This document shows positions 9,189 to 19,372 of a DNA stretch of 64,000 nucleotides, one piece after another. Origin of the DNA: Candidatus Omnitrophota bacterium (GTDB taxonomy: Bacteria; Omnitrophota; Gorgyraeia; Zapsychrales; Fredricksoniimonadaceae). The notes beneath the pieces were generated by a model. The model searched no databases, was not told the DNA's origin, and was given only the letters and a program-made list of their open reading frames with translations. Position numbers and translations under genes: made by a program. Position 1 is the first letter of the stretch, and each line of letters opens with the position of its first letter. The DNA lies in assembly GCA_015233335.1 (NCBI GenBank), contig JADFXX010000007.1, positions 15,221-79,220 of the forward strand, given 5' to 3'.

Positions 9189-10166
9189 TTACGCAGCCAA
9201 GCGTCCGGTTTTAAGGTAAATTTGATGATGTTTGCAATACCATCGCCAAGTCTTGCGTAATCCCTCTTCCAGAGATGTTTTCGCGGACCATCCCAAAAAT
9301 TCGCGCGCTTGACTCACATCAGCAACCCAATGAAGGGCATCCCAAGAGCGTGACGGCATGGCTCCCCAGCGCAAGTCAGCTGATTTGCCTGTCACCTTTT
9401 GGACGACCGTCACTATTTTCTTGATCGTTGTCTGCTTTCCTGTCCCAAGATTAAAAACCTTCCCGGAATTCCTCTTTAAAGCCTCAATATTAAGATAAGC
9501 TTCGAGTAGATCATCAATATAAATAAAATCATGAACAGTCTTAGAATTAACAAGATCTATGGCTTGAGCACGATGGAATGCTTCCATTAATTTAGGGACC
9601 AGTCTTGAAGGCTCTTCATAGGGTCCATAAACAGAAAACGGCCTGAGAGTAACTACTGCCGACTGATTTTGACGGGAAGCCTGAGCAGACAACCAAGTCA
9701 TGGCACATTTAGTGGTCGCATAATAGCTCACCGGCTGTAAAGCATCAGACTCATTCATAGGGCCTGTCTTAAAACCATATTCCGAAGAAGTGCCAGTATT
9801 AACAAACAATTCACTCCCAAACTCACAAGCAGAACTTAATAAATTCCAGCCTCCCACAATATTAGTCCTAACAATGCGCTCAGGATCATTCTGTGAAGAG
9901 TACGCACCGTTCGCGGCCAAATGATAAATGATATCCGGCCGCACACGCTTTAAAGTCGCCTTAACGGCCTTGGCATCGGTGATGTCAAGAATATGACACT
10001 TGACATCGGACAAGATATCTCTGATTCTCCAAAGCCTTGCATCAGGGCGGATAATGATATGTGGTTTTATTCCAAAGACCGCTAATCGCCGAAGTAAACA
10101 AGACCCAATAAACCCTGTCGCCCCTGTTAATAAAAAAGTTTTTGCACGAAAATGACTTGTATTCAT
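9189..10166 (-). CDS. NAD-dependent sugar epimerase/dehydratase (extended SDR)
   Basis: LTGATGFIGSCL Rossmann motif and a YYATTK catalytic YxxxK. Confidence 0.8.
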   Translation of the reverse strand: MNTSHFRAKTFLLTGATGFIGSCLLRRLAVFGIKPHIIIRPDARLWRIRDILSDVKCHILDITDAKAVKATLKRVRPDIIYHLAANGAYSSQNDPERIVRTNIVGGWNLLSSACEFGSELFVNTGTSSEYGFKTGPMNESDALQPVSYYATTKCAMTWLSAQASRQNQSAVVTLRPFSVYGPYEEPSRLVPKLMEAFHRAQAIDLVNSKTVHDFIYIDDLLEAYLNIEALKRNSGKVFNLGTGKQTTIKKIVTVVQKVTGKSADLRWGAMPSRSWDALHWVADVSQAREFLGWSAKTSLEEGLRKTWRWYCKHHQIYLKTGRLAA

Positions 10167-10182
10167 ATAAAGATATCAAGAT

Positions 10183-10905
10183 CTAGCGGACGCGTTTAAT
10201 AACAAAAACATATACCGCACAACACAAAACATTAATAACAGGTAATCGTTCAACGACCGGTTCAACGGCCTTCAAAATTTGGGCCAGCCGGTCAGGACAA
10301 AAAAAAGGAACAAATCCGGCATAACGGCCAGTACACACCTTTCCCCCAATTTGATTGATCCATCGGTGCAAGCGTAAAGAGGAAAAAGATTTTTCTTTAT
10401 GTTCTCTGTGATAAAGTGAAAACATTTCTAATAATTTTAAGACTGGGTTATACCCATTAGGCTCAATGACAACAACAGTGGGCGCAACACGCAATGCTTC
10501 CCTTAACACATGAATAGGATCCCCCACATGATGAAGCACTCCTCTTAGATGGGCAATATCAAAACTATCTGAAGCATAATTTAACTTCTCGCCACTTTGC
10601 AAATCAAAAACAATTCTTTGATTGGCTGTTCGTTGTTGAGCAATCTTTATGGCATTACCGGCCGGGTCAATCCCATGAATTGAATCGACTCCGCCTCGAA
10701 GAAATAACTCCATTGTATAAGTACCGTCACCGCATCCGATATCAACCACTTTTTTCCCATTCAAATCACAAATTTCAAGCGTTGCTAAGGTAAGACGGAG
10801 GTTGGCTAATTCACTGCTTAAGGAAGCTTTGGTCGTATATTTATAACCGGAATTAGAATTTACGTCCTGATTAAAAATTTCCGCACTTGATTGTTTTTGC
10901 TTCAT
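10183..10905 (-). CDS. Class I SAM-dependent methyltransferase
   Basis: VVDIGCGDGTYT motif. The start is taken at ATG 10905 (MKQKQ...), which removes the overlap with the PilZ gene. Confidence 0.75.
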   Translation of the reverse strand: MKQKQSSAEIFNQDVNSNSGYKYTTKASLSSELANLRLTLATLEICDLNGKKVVDIGCGDGTYTMELFLRGGVDSIHGIDPAGNAIKIAQQRTANQRIVFDLQSGEKLNYASDSFDIAHLRGVLHHVGDPIHVLREALRVAPTVVVIEPNGYNPVLKLLEMFSLYHREHKEKSFSSLRLHRWINQIGGKVCTGRYAGFVPFFCPDRLAQILKAVEPVVERLPVINVLCCAVYVFVIKRVR

Positions 10906-10921
10906 TAAGAAAATCCTGTAA

Positions 10922-11284
10922 TTAATGACGCGCGGCAAAAACAGTTTTGGCTGGACGGCTTTTGGATTTTAAATCCACATATTTGACGGCGACTTGATAA
11001 TAGCCGCCTTTATTGCGGAAGACTCTGACAACTCGACCAAAACCATTAAAAATATCGAGAACCCCGGACATCACCACTTGAAGCTCAATAATATCGGCAG
11101 GATGATACTCTAAAGCGCTCACAAAAAGTAAACCGGAAATCGACATGTCTTCGGTAACGGCTAATTGCCAGATCGATTCAACACGCCTGCCCTTATGCTT
11201 GACGATCCGGTGACGCACGGTGATAATGCGTTTAGCACGCACACTATCCCGGCGCTCTTCAAATTTTGAATTATCTTTGACCAT
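10922..11284 (-). CDS. Stand-alone PilZ-domain protein (c-di-GMP receptor candidate)
   Basis: RxxxR (RDSVR) followed by D-x-S-x-x-G (DMSISGL) in a 120-aa protein. It is the first gene after the divergent promoter gap 11285-11381. Confidence 0.7.
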   Translation of the reverse strand: MVKDNSKFEERRDSVRAKRIITVRHRIVKHKGRRVESIWQLAVTEDMSISGLLFVSALEYHPADIIELQVVMSGVLDIFNGFGRVVRVFRNKGGYYQVAVKYVDLKSKSRPAKTVFAARH

Positions 11285-11381
11285 AATTTAACATTTTACC
11301 CGTCTTTTAAGAATTAACCACAAGAAAATAAATTTTACAGTTTAAAAGGAATTCCCTTTACTGTATCATAAAGCTAATTTC

Positions 11382-13094
11382 ATGCAAACAATTCAGTCAC
11401 ATAGAACATCTTTCATTAATCGCGATTTCGTCTATCTCGTTTTACTCTTTTTTCTTTCCCTATTTATTTGCAGGTCTCTGTTCAAAGAAGATTTTATTAA
11501 TACCGTAGACGGCGGAAGTCATTTATTGCACATTTATTGTATGGCACAATTTATCGGCCATGATCAGTGGTTTGTCCGTTGGGTCCCTCAATTCTACGGG
11601 TATGGATACCCTGTATTCAATTTTTACCCTCCTCTTTTTTCTATTTTGGGCACTGTTTTGGTCAAAACAGGTTTAACCTATGTTTGGGCCTTAAATTTAG
11701 CCTGTTTTTTTATTGTCCTTTTTTCGGGTTTTACAATGTACTTTTTTAGTAAAGAACTATGGGGCTATGAAGGTGGCTTTTTGTCCGGTGTTGCCTATAT
11801 GATCGCCCCCTATCTCATGCTAGATCTTTATTCCAGAGGAGCTTACCCGGAGGCAACATCGTTTCCTTTTTTACCCCTTATCCTTTGGGCATTCTTGAAG
11901 CTCACCAAAGAGCTAAAAGCACACTACCTGTCGATCGCAAGCCTTTCAATAGCAGGATTATTCCTATCTCATAATTGCATAACACTGGTCTTTTGCCCGA
12001 TTATTTTCCTCTATATCCTTGTTTTACATCTTTTTCCCTACCGTCAAAACCGCCCTACGATCACATCTGGCATTCGTCGTCACTGGCCATTTTTAGCCAG
12101 TTTAACAGCTTTCGGTTTAGGCATTGGATTGGCTGCTTTCTTTTGGCTGCCGGCCATATTAGAAAAGAATTTTGTTCATATCGATAAACTAGTAGGCGGA
12201 TTCCTCGACTATCATAACAATTTTCTTTCAATCCAACAGCTCATCTATTCTCCCTGGCCCACTAAACCGGGCCCCTACTATTCTTATGAGATTGGCCCTA
12301 TGCACTGCCTCCTTGCCATCACCACTCTATGCATGATCACAAAAGTAACCAAAGACAGAGAATTTCTTCGCCCACAGATCCTCTTTTTATTCTTAATATC
12401 AATGACATGTATTTTTTTAACCCTTCATTCTTCATTGATCATTTGGGAACATCTTCCTATTTTAAAATTCATGTCGTTCCCCTGGCGATTTTTAGTTATT
12501 ATCACTTGTATGGTCAGCACTCTGGCCGGAGGAATAACCCTTGTCTCTCATCCCAAACACCGGCCGGTTCTTATGATCTTAGGAGTATTGGCCTTATTAT
12601 TGATTAATGCTTCCCGCTCCCATCCGCCTTATGGTTCAGTGAAAGTCAATTTAAAGAATGTCACTGCCTCTATGGTATTTACTCGTCTTCAGCCACAGGA
12701 TACAGGAGAATATCTTCCTCAATGGGTTAAGACGATACGTTACCCTATCCCCTCGGAGAAACTCGAAATCATTACAGGAGAAGGTCAAATCCTAAACAAA
12801 AATACTGTTTCTGATTTGCACCAGACCTTTACTGTAGGAATTTCAACGCCTTCAATTCTATGCTTTAATGTTTTCTACTTTCCGGGCTGGAATATCAAAG
12901 TAGACGGACATGATGTGGATATATTTAAAAACAACCCTTTCGGGCTTATGTTCTTCTCCATCAACCCGGGTGTTCATGAAATCAAAGCGGATTTCGGGCC
13001 AACACCCGTACGCCGGGCAGCAACAATCATTTCCATAGTTTGCCTTATACTATTGATCGGCCTTTTATTTTACAAGATCCCCGTTGATTCATAA
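11382..13094 (+). CDS. Polytopic membrane protein, YfhO/COG5617-like GT-C candidate (paralogue of 2025..3656)
   Basis: GHDQWFVRWVPQFYGYGYPVFNFYPPLF and a C-terminal FYFPGWNIKVDG. It aligns with 2025..3656 along its whole length. Confidence 0.6.
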   Translation: MQTIQSHRTSFINRDFVYLVLLFFLSLFICRSLFKEDFINTVDGGSHLLHIYCMAQFIGHDQWFVRWVPQFYGYGYPVFNFYPPLFSILGTVLVKTGLTYVWALNLACFFIVLFSGFTMYFFSKELWGYEGGFLSGVAYMIAPYLMLDLYSRGAYPEATSFPFLPLILWAFLKLTKELKAHYLSIASLSIAGLFLSHNCITLVFCPIIFLYILVLHLFPYRQNRPTITSGIRRHWPFLASLTAFGLGIGLAAFFWLPAILEKNFVHIDKLVGGFLDYHNNFLSIQQLIYSPWPTKPGPYYSYEIGPMHCLLAITTLCMITKVTKDREFLRPQILFLFLISMTCIFLTLHSSLIIWEHLPILKFMSFPWRFLVIITCMVSTLAGGITLVSHPKHRPVLMILGVLALLLINASRSHPPYGSVKVNLKNVTASMVFTRLQPQDTGEYLPQWVKTIRYPIPSEKLEIITGEGQILNKNTVSDLHQTFTVGISTPSILCFNVFYFPGWNIKVDGHDVDIFKNNPFGLMFFSINPGVHEIKADFGPTPVRRAATIISIVCLILLIGLLFYKIPVDS

Positions 13095-13805
13095 CTTAAA
13101 TCCGGCTGCCAGCGCATCGTTATAAAACATCTTCACGGTATCTAAAGAATAATCATCAAGGCTATAACCGACCAAGGATAATTTTTTAAGGATATCGTTA
13201 GTTACAGTGATCACATGACAGCCAATCTCATCAGCCTGAAAGATATTCAGCAATTCGCGCGGACTCGCCCAGATCAGTTGGGCGGCGGGTAAAACCTTAA
13301 GGATTTGTACAGCCTCGGCCATTAAAGGCACCGGATCACGGCTGGTATCTGCAATACGGCCCGCAAAGACTGATACATAGCTTGGCACATGGGGATTTAA
13401 TACTTCAACAATATCGTTCACCTGTGTAAGCGTCATAACAGCAGTTACATTGAGCTTTACTTTTTGAGCTGCTAATTTTTTTACCAATTTATAACATGCT
13501 TCCTTCCGGGTATTAGTAACGGGGATCTTGACATAAACATTCTGACCCCAACCGGCAATTTCCATGGCCTGACGCTCCATCTCATTAAAGTCATCTGAAA
13601 ACACTTCAAACGAAAGAGGCTTATCCTTGATGAAATTTAGAATATCCTTACAAAATGCCCTGTAATCAGTAATGCCGGCTTTTTTCATGAGTGTGGGATT
13701 AGTTGTAAGCCCCTTGATATAGGGCTTAGCGTACATCTCCAGCATGCCCGCACGATCTGCCCCATCAGCAAAAATCTTAACCTTAAGATCTTCTAGTTTC
13801 TTCAT
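13089..13805 (-). CDS. Transaldolase / fructose-6-phosphate aldolase family protein
   Basis: IFADGADRAGMLE..IKGLTTNPTLM; the 238-aa length fits the short transaldolase type. Confidence 0.75.
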   Translation of the reverse strand: MKKLEDLKVKIFADGADRAGMLEMYAKPYIKGLTTNPTLMKKAGITDYRAFCKDILNFIKDKPLSFEVFSDDFNEMERQAMEIAGWGQNVYVKIPVTNTRKEACYKLVKKLAAQKVKLNVTAVMTLTQVNDIVEVLNPHVPSYVSVFAGRIADTSRDPVPLMAEAVQILKVLPAAQLIWASPRELLNIFQADEIGCHVITVTNDILKKLSLVGYSLDDYSLDTVKMFYNDALAAGFKL

Positions 13806-14344
13806 TAGATTTCTCCTTTGGATAAATCTAAAATAATTTGTGCGGCTTCAGAGAGAGAAGCAACTCGATAATCAACAGACTGCGGTTGTTTTTCACTATA
13901 CCCATAATCAATAAAGACGGTTTTACATCCTGCCCGCTTTCCGGCCTCTATATCCTTTGAACGGTCACCAACCATGTAACTTGAATTCAAATCGATCTGA
14001 TATTTGTTAGCTGCCGCCAACAAAGCGCCGGGCCGCGGTTTTCGACAGTCACAGCCATCGATGGTATCATGAAAACAACAATAAAATTCATCAATCCTCA
14101 AATGCCGAGAAAGATACGTGTTAATTTCTTCAACTGTCTTGCGCAATGTACTCCCACGGGACACATCGGGCTGATTTGTCACTACGATCAATAAATAACC
14201 GGCACGGCGAAGAGCCTCCAAAGCCTGAGGGACTCCTGGTAAAATAGTAACCTCTTTTAAGCTGGACGGAGGATAAGGCTTACCCTCTCGTACATATGCA
14301 CGATTGATTACGCCATCCCTGTCTAAAAAGACCGCACGATTCAT
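13805..14344 (-). CDS. gmhB: D-glycero-D-manno-heptose 1,7-bisphosphate phosphatase (HAD-IIIA)
   Basis: VFLDRDGVIN, VTNQPDV, the Zn-site pattern CCFHDTIDGCDCRKP, and GDRSKD. Confidence 0.85.
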   Translation of the reverse strand: MNRAVFLDRDGVINRAYVREGKPYPPSSLKEVTILPGVPQALEALRRAGYLLIVVTNQPDVSRGSTLRKTVEEINTYLSRHLRIDEFYCCFHDTIDGCDCRKPRPGALLAAANKYQIDLNSSYMVGDRSKDIEAGKRAGCKTVFIDYGYSEKQPQSVDYRVASLSEAAQIILDLSKGEI

Positions 14345-14952
14345 TATTTAACAGATTCCCACTTCATTTCATTAGCTTTAAGCAGTGGATGAGAAACGAT
14401 CAAATGCCAGACAACGGCCTGAAAAGACTCCGTGTGAGGCGTTATGGTCTGCGGGTCCATTGTCGCAACGATGACAACCGCATCTGCCACACGGGCTGTG
14501 TATCCGCCGTCACGGCCAACAACGCCGATAATTTTTGCCCCTACTCCTTTGGCGCATTTTAAGGCCTGCACCAAATTATTACTTATATTTTTCTCGGCAT
14601 TCCCGCCACCTACCGAGAAAACTAAAACACAGTCGTTCGAATTAATCTTACTGCCCAAAAGCCAGTTGGCAAAAGAAGAATCCCATCCATCATCGTTAAT
14701 TCTGGCCGTCAGTTCCGAAACATTATCAGTGGGAGAATACGACTCAATCCCTGCAATTTTCCTAAAATCATTAACCGCATGCCCGGCATTGCCTGCCCCT
14801 CCCCCAACACCAATAATAAAAAGCCTTCCGGCTAAATGACGAATCCCCAAAAGAATATCAACCATCTTCTTAATAGCTTTCCTGTCTATCAATTCTGTGA
14901 TCTTGACGGCTTGTAACAAATATTGATCAATATAATCATCCTCATTACTCAT
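14344..14952 (-). CDS. gmhA: SIS-domain sugar-phosphate isomerase, putative sedoheptulose-7-phosphate isomerase
   Basis: SIS motifs IIGVGGGAGNAGHAVNDF and VFSVGGGN. It sits between hddC and gmhB. Confidence 0.6.
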   Translation of the reverse strand: MSNEDDYIDQYLLQAVKITELIDRKAIKKMVDILLGIRHLAGRLFIIGVGGGAGNAGHAVNDFRKIAGIESYSPTDNVSELTARINDDGWDSSFANWLLGSKINSNDCVLVFSVGGGNAEKNISNNLVQALKCAKGVGAKIIGVVGRDGGYTARVADAVVIVATMDPQTITPHTESFQAVVWHLIVSHPLLKANEMKWESVK

Positions 14953-14953
14953 A

Positions 14954-15667
14954 TTACTTCTCCCGTTTTCTTAAATTTAAGAGATACTTCTCTGTCTCTG
15001 CCAACCCGCTCAATGAACCGATTTCATAGAATCTTTCTGTAACCTCATACCCGGACATCTGTTTTTTTGATATAATATATTGATAGATTTCTGATAGATC
15101 AAAGATATTTTTGAACCCCGTGACATCAAAGGCCGACTTTCTTAATATCCCCAACCCATAGTCGATATAGTCCATCCCTTTAATTTTATTATTTTTATCA
15201 TAAGTGGTTATTTTTCCGCCTTCAAACACGATATTACTTTTATCCCAAGCATTCTGGTTCTTTAATACAGTCATCAATCCAATGCCCGGATTTTTAAGAA
15301 AATAATCATAAACGTCCTGAAAATTGACTGTCAGGTAAGAATCTCCGTACATTACAAAGAACTGCTCTTCCAAAAGTGGCAACGCCTTTTTGACAGCACC
15401 ACCGGTCCCCAAAAGTTTCTCACCGTCAACGCAAAACGCTATAGATAAACCATATTGACTTCCATCTCCGACAAAATCTTCTATTTGTTGACTTAAATAA
15501 CCGGAACATATAACCACCTTCTTAATCCCATTCTTACGTAATAAATCAAGCTGATGGGCAATAAATGGCTTACCGGCAACAATAAGCAATGCCTTAGGAA
15601 CAGTTTGGGTGATCGGCCTCAGGCGTGCGGCAACACCCCCGGCAAGAATAACCACAGGGGGCATCAT
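14954..15667 (-). CDS. hddC: Sugar-1-phosphate nucleotidyltransferase, putative heptose-1-phosphate guanylyltransferase
   Basis: VILAGGVAARLRPITQTVPKALL N-terminal NTP-transferase motif. The 237-aa product overlaps the kinase gene by 4 nt. Confidence 0.7.
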   Translation of the reverse strand: MMPPVVILAGGVAARLRPITQTVPKALLIVAGKPFIAHQLDLLRKNGIKKVVICSGYLSQQIEDFVGDGSQYGLSIAFCVDGEKLLGTGGAVKKALPLLEEQFFVMYGDSYLTVNFQDVYDYFLKNPGIGLMTVLKNQNAWDKSNIVFEGGKITTYDKNNKIKGMDYIDYGLGILRKSAFDVTGFKNIFDLSEIYQYIISKKQMSGYEVTERFYEIGSLSGLAETEKYLLNLRKREK

Positions 15668-16644
15668 GATTGCGACATCACCTTTGTCCCTTCAAAATCA
15701 AACCTAAAGCGCACCTCTTCTAATCCCGCAGAAGTCATGGCACGTCTTAGCCTTACATGATCATTGGTATAAAACATCAGAAACCCTCCGCCGCCGGCAC
15801 CGATCAACTTGCCGCCGAAGGCTCCGTTTTTTAACGCCAGATCATACCAGTCGTTGATCTTCTGGTTCGACATCGCTCCCGATCGCTTCTTCTTATGCTC
15901 CCAATGAATATTCATCAACTCGCCGAATTTCTTAAGATCTCCACGTTCTAAAGCCTTTTTGCTCTCAATACCCAATTCTTTTATGAAATGCAGGTTCTCA
16001 ATCATAGCTTTATCGTTGGCTTTACTCTTATGGTGCTGTTCCTTAAGAATACCGGAGGCCGAACGTGTGTATCCGGTAAAAAACAACAATAGATTATCTT
16101 CCAGATCATACAATATTTCCTTTTCTATATTCAGAGGATACGCCTTGACCGATTTCTTGGTAAATTCAAAAACAGTAATCCCTCCATAAGCCGCAATATA
16201 CTGATCCTGTTTTCCTATAGGCCCATTTAATTTAACAATTTCAATATAACAGGCTTGTTCTGCTAATTCTTTAGGATGGATTAAGTTGCGCTTATAAGCA
16301 TGTAAGGCCTTCAGCAAAGCTGTGGTAAAACTGCCTGATGACCCTAATCCGCTCCCGGCAGGAATATCCGCCATACTCGCTATTTCCAAATAATTATCAT
16401 TAATCCTCAGCAATTTTAACGACTCACGGATAATTGGATGCTTGATCTTATCTATTTGTTTTGTCTTTTCCATTGATGAATATTTAATAATATAACCCGG
16501 CTGAAATGTCCTGTGCAAAGTAATATAGACATACCGGTCGATCGCGGCCGATATCAAAAACCCGCCAAATTTCTCATAATATGAAGGCAAATCTGTTCCA
16601 CCGCCCCCAAGTGTAATGCGTAAAGGACTTCGCACGATTATCAT
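15664..16644 (-). CDS. hddA: GHMP kinase, putative D-glycero-D-manno-heptose 7-phosphate kinase
   Basis: SPLRITLGGGGTDLPSYY N-terminus, GHMP motif PAGSGLGSSGS, and GAGGGGF. Confidence 0.8.
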   Translation of the reverse strand: MIIVRSPLRITLGGGGTDLPSYYEKFGGFLISAAIDRYVYITLHRTFQPGYIIKYSSMEKTKQIDKIKHPIIRESLKLLRINDNYLEIASMADIPAGSGLGSSGSFTTALLKALHAYKRNLIHPKELAEQACYIEIVKLNGPIGKQDQYIAAYGGITVFEFTKKSVKAYPLNIEKEILYDLEDNLLLFFTGYTRSASGILKEQHHKSKANDKAMIENLHFIKELGIESKKALERGDLKKFGELMNIHWEHKKKRSGAMSNQKINDWYDLALKNGAFGGKLIGAGGGGFLMFYTNDHVRLRRAMTSAGLEEVRFRFDFEGTKVMSQS

Positions 16645-16657
16645 TCATCACCCTCCC

Positions 16658-17647
16658 TTAACCCCTGTATATTTTATCCACTATCTTTAGCGCTTCATAG
16701 GCATCATTGATATCACCATTAAGAGGACTCTTGGCATGAATCGCTTCAGTAAATGCCCTAAATTCTAAATTCCAAGAATTGTCTTCCCCCGGATACTCCC
16801 AAACGGTCGTTTGAGGAGGCCCCATTTGGGGCAGCATCTGATAATATGCTAATTTTTCGATCCCATAGCTTCCTCCTAGACCATCAATCTGAATTTTTCC
16901 GGTTTTACCATAAATTTCCAGTGAAAACATATTTTTCCATTCCGTGCAACTAACCTGGATCCAGGCGATTTGATTCTTTTGAGTGCTCAAACATAAAAAA
17001 GCATTATCATCAACCGGCATATCCCAAAAATAAGTCGCAGTTTGGCCATTGATAGAAACAAAATCCCCCAAAAACCAGCGGCAAAGATCGATCATATGCA
17101 CCCCCTGATCGATCAATTCGCCGCCTCCGGATATTTCTGGTTTGGCACGCCATTCTTTGTCGTATCCAATACGACCGCCATGACCGTATCGCCCCCGGAT
17201 GAACATTAATTCCCCCATAATTCTTGAATCAACAATTTCCCGGGCTTTCATTAATGCGGGATGATAACGTAAATTAAACCCAACCTTGACGCATTGAGAT
17301 GAACTTAAAGCCTTTTCCCGAAATGAAACGATTTCCGTCAAAGAACGTGCAGCTGGTTTTTCAACTAATACATGTTTATTGTGCTCTAAGGAATACAATC
17401 CGATAGGAGTAAGCCAGTCATTGCTGGTTGATATGATCACAATATCTACTTCGGGCAATTTCACCAACTCTTGCCAGTCGCTAAATACTCGCGCCCCTGA
17501 TCCTTTCGCTAATTGGTCAGCTCGATTCACATCGATATCTGCACAAGCGACTAACCGCCCATACTCGCCAAGCGCGTGTGCACGCTTGTGTCCTATCAGC
17601 CCACAGCCGATAATCCCTACCCCAAATGATCGATCAACCCGGGTCAT
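16658..17647 (-). CDS. Gfo/Idh/MocA-family NAD(P) oxidoreductase
   Basis: GIIGCGLIGHKRA Rossmann N-terminus and an EKP motif (VLVEKPAA). Confidence 0.8.
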   Translation of the reverse strand: MTRVDRSFGVGIIGCGLIGHKRAHALGEYGRLVACADIDVNRADQLAKGSGARVFSDWQELVKLPEVDIVIISTSNDWLTPIGLYSLEHNKHVLVEKPAARSLTEIVSFREKALSSSQCVKVGFNLRYHPALMKAREIVDSRIMGELMFIRGRYGHGGRIGYDKEWRAKPEISGGGELIDQGVHMIDLCRWFLGDFVSINGQTATYFWDMPVDDNAFLCLSTQKNQIAWIQVSCTEWKNMFSLEIYGKTGKIQIDGLGGSYGIEKLAYYQMLPQMGPPQTTVWEYPGEDNSWNLEFRAFTEAIHAKSPLNGDINDAYEALKIVDKIYRG

Positions 17648-18516
17648 TTATCACCCCAGCTCAATCTCCGATCCCGTCCGGTTATACGACGTAAGGTGTA
17701 TGCATCACTTGAAGACAGTTCATCTAAATGCGAGGGCCAATGCTCCCAATCATCCCAAACTGCGCTAATCAATTTACCGGTAATCCCCTGACTGGCTTGA
17801 CCGGAAAGGAATATGGCAAGATCTCCTACTCTGCTCATTGAAGCTCCACCTTCCATAAACACTTTGTTGGCCAAGGCGAATTCACGTTCACCTATGCTTT
17901 CCGCCCCTTTTTTTAATACTTCACCTAACATCGCCGTCTTCATAGCCCCCGGAGCAATACAGTTCACACGTATTCCTGCCGACCTGGTTTCCTCAGCAAT
18001 CGTCTCACTAAAACGAACAAGCCCGGCCTTGGCCGTGGCATAAGCGCTAAAGTTGGCCCTTGGACCGGCTGCACCGCCACCGGATATGTTAATGATTGAC
18101 CCTCCTCCGGTCTGCTTCATCCAGGGAATAAAGGCACGACACAAAGCAACGGGTGCCAGCAAATCAATTTGTATCACCTTCTGCCATAAAGAAAAGTCGT
18201 TTTCCCACAAAGGTCCTATAGGTCCCTGAATTGCGGCATTATTGACAAGCACATCCAACCGGGGCACAGTCGCTCTGACCTTAATGATCAATTCATCGAT
18301 TAAAACAGGATCTCCTAAATCACAAACCAAATGTATTATCTGTTGTCCCTTTTTCAGAGGAAGTGAATGCTCGATTTTCTCTAAGTGTGCCTCTGAACGA
18401 GCGACAAGACAAAGGTTATAACCCTCATCCCAAAAACGGCGGGCCAAAAATTCCCCCAACCCCCTGGAGGCTCCTGTAATCAAGCATGTTCGATCAGCCT
18501 TCAATCGCCACCCCAT
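17644..18516 (-). CDS. Short-chain dehydrogenase/reductase (classical SDR)
   Basis: ITGASRGLG, NNAA, YATAK. Start uncertain: ATG 18516 is chosen, and the ORF-track start is 18549. Confidence 0.75.
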   Translation of the reverse strand: MGWRLKADRTCLITGASRGLGEFLARRFWDEGYNLCLVARSEAHLEKIEHSLPLKKGQQIIHLVCDLGDPVLIDELIIKVRATVPRLDVLVNNAAIQGPIGPLWENDFSLWQKVIQIDLLAPVALCRAFIPWMKQTGGGSIINISGGGAAGPRANFSAYATAKAGLVRFSETIAEETRSAGIRVNCIAPGAMKTAMLGEVLKKGAESIGEREFALANKVFMEGGASMSRVGDLAIFLSGQASQGITGKLISAVWDDWEHWPSHLDELSSSDAYTLRRITGRDRRLSWGDK

Positions 18517-19372
18517 AAGGTTGCCTTGACACTTTATAATGCTTATCAACTACACGAGCCATAGCCTCCCAAGGAAGAACATCAATCCAATGACTGCGGT
18601 TCTTAATGTGAAGCGTTTTTAGAACTTTAAATTTTATAATATCAACAAAACCGTTAAACGACATAAATTCTCTAGGTAAAAAACCGGCCTTACTCAGACA
18701 CCTCTTCAAAGTTTCAGGCTCGTAAAAAGAAATATGGACATCAGGGCACTTAACATAGTCCCATGAGAAAAATCTCTCTCTCCAAGGCTCTGCATTACCC
18801 ATAGTCACAAACAAAATCCCACCGGGTTTCAAAACCTTACGCATTTGTAACAACGTCTCTATGGGATTAGGGATATGCTCAAGAACCTCAATGGCGCTGA
18901 CGAAATCAAAACTTCCTGCATATTTATTTAACTCACTCAAAGGGATAATAGGAATGCCCAACATTTGGCCCCGTTGGGCAATCCAGCCTTCTTCACAACC
19001 AATCGCATCAACACCATTCTCTACCGCAAAACGAACAAGTCCACCGCCACCGCAGCCATAATCTAACCAACGCCCATTTCCTGAAACTAATTCCTTGTAA
19101 ATTGAAAAAATACCTTTCCACTCATAACCCCTAATAGTCCTTAAAGGGTTCTCAAGCTCATACACATAATCAACCGTTGGGTCTGCGCCAGATCCGCGGT
19201 AGTAATTTTCGTTGTAAATATGATCGAAGTCAATGCGATAATTTTCTACATAAAAAAAGCGGCACAGAGGGCAACGCCTTACTAAAAATTCACGGCCATC
19301 CAAAAGACCTGTTTGACTACCCAAAATAAATGTCGGAGTCAGACAAACAGGGCATAAATGTTCGTTATTCAT
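18494..19372 (-). CDS. Class I SAM-dependent methyltransferase with N-terminal Zn-ribbon
   Basis: CPVC...CPLC, then LDYGCGGGGL. The start at ATG 19372 forms an ATGA overlap with the upstream stop. Confidence 0.75.
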   Translation of the reverse strand: MNNEHLCPVCLTPTFILGSQTGLLDGREFLVRRCPLCRFFYVENYRIDFDHIYNENYYRGSGADPTVDYVYELENPLRTIRGYEWKGIFSIYKELVSGNGRWLDYGCGGGGLVRFAVENGVDAIGCEEGWIAQRGQMLGIPIIPLSELNKYAGSFDFVSAIEVLEHIPNPIETLLQMRKVLKPGGILFVTMGNAEPWRERFFSWDYVKCPDVHISFYEPETLKRCLSKAGFLPREFMSFNGFVDIIKFKVLKTLHIKNRSHWIDVLPWEAMARVVDKHYKVSRQPYGVAIEG

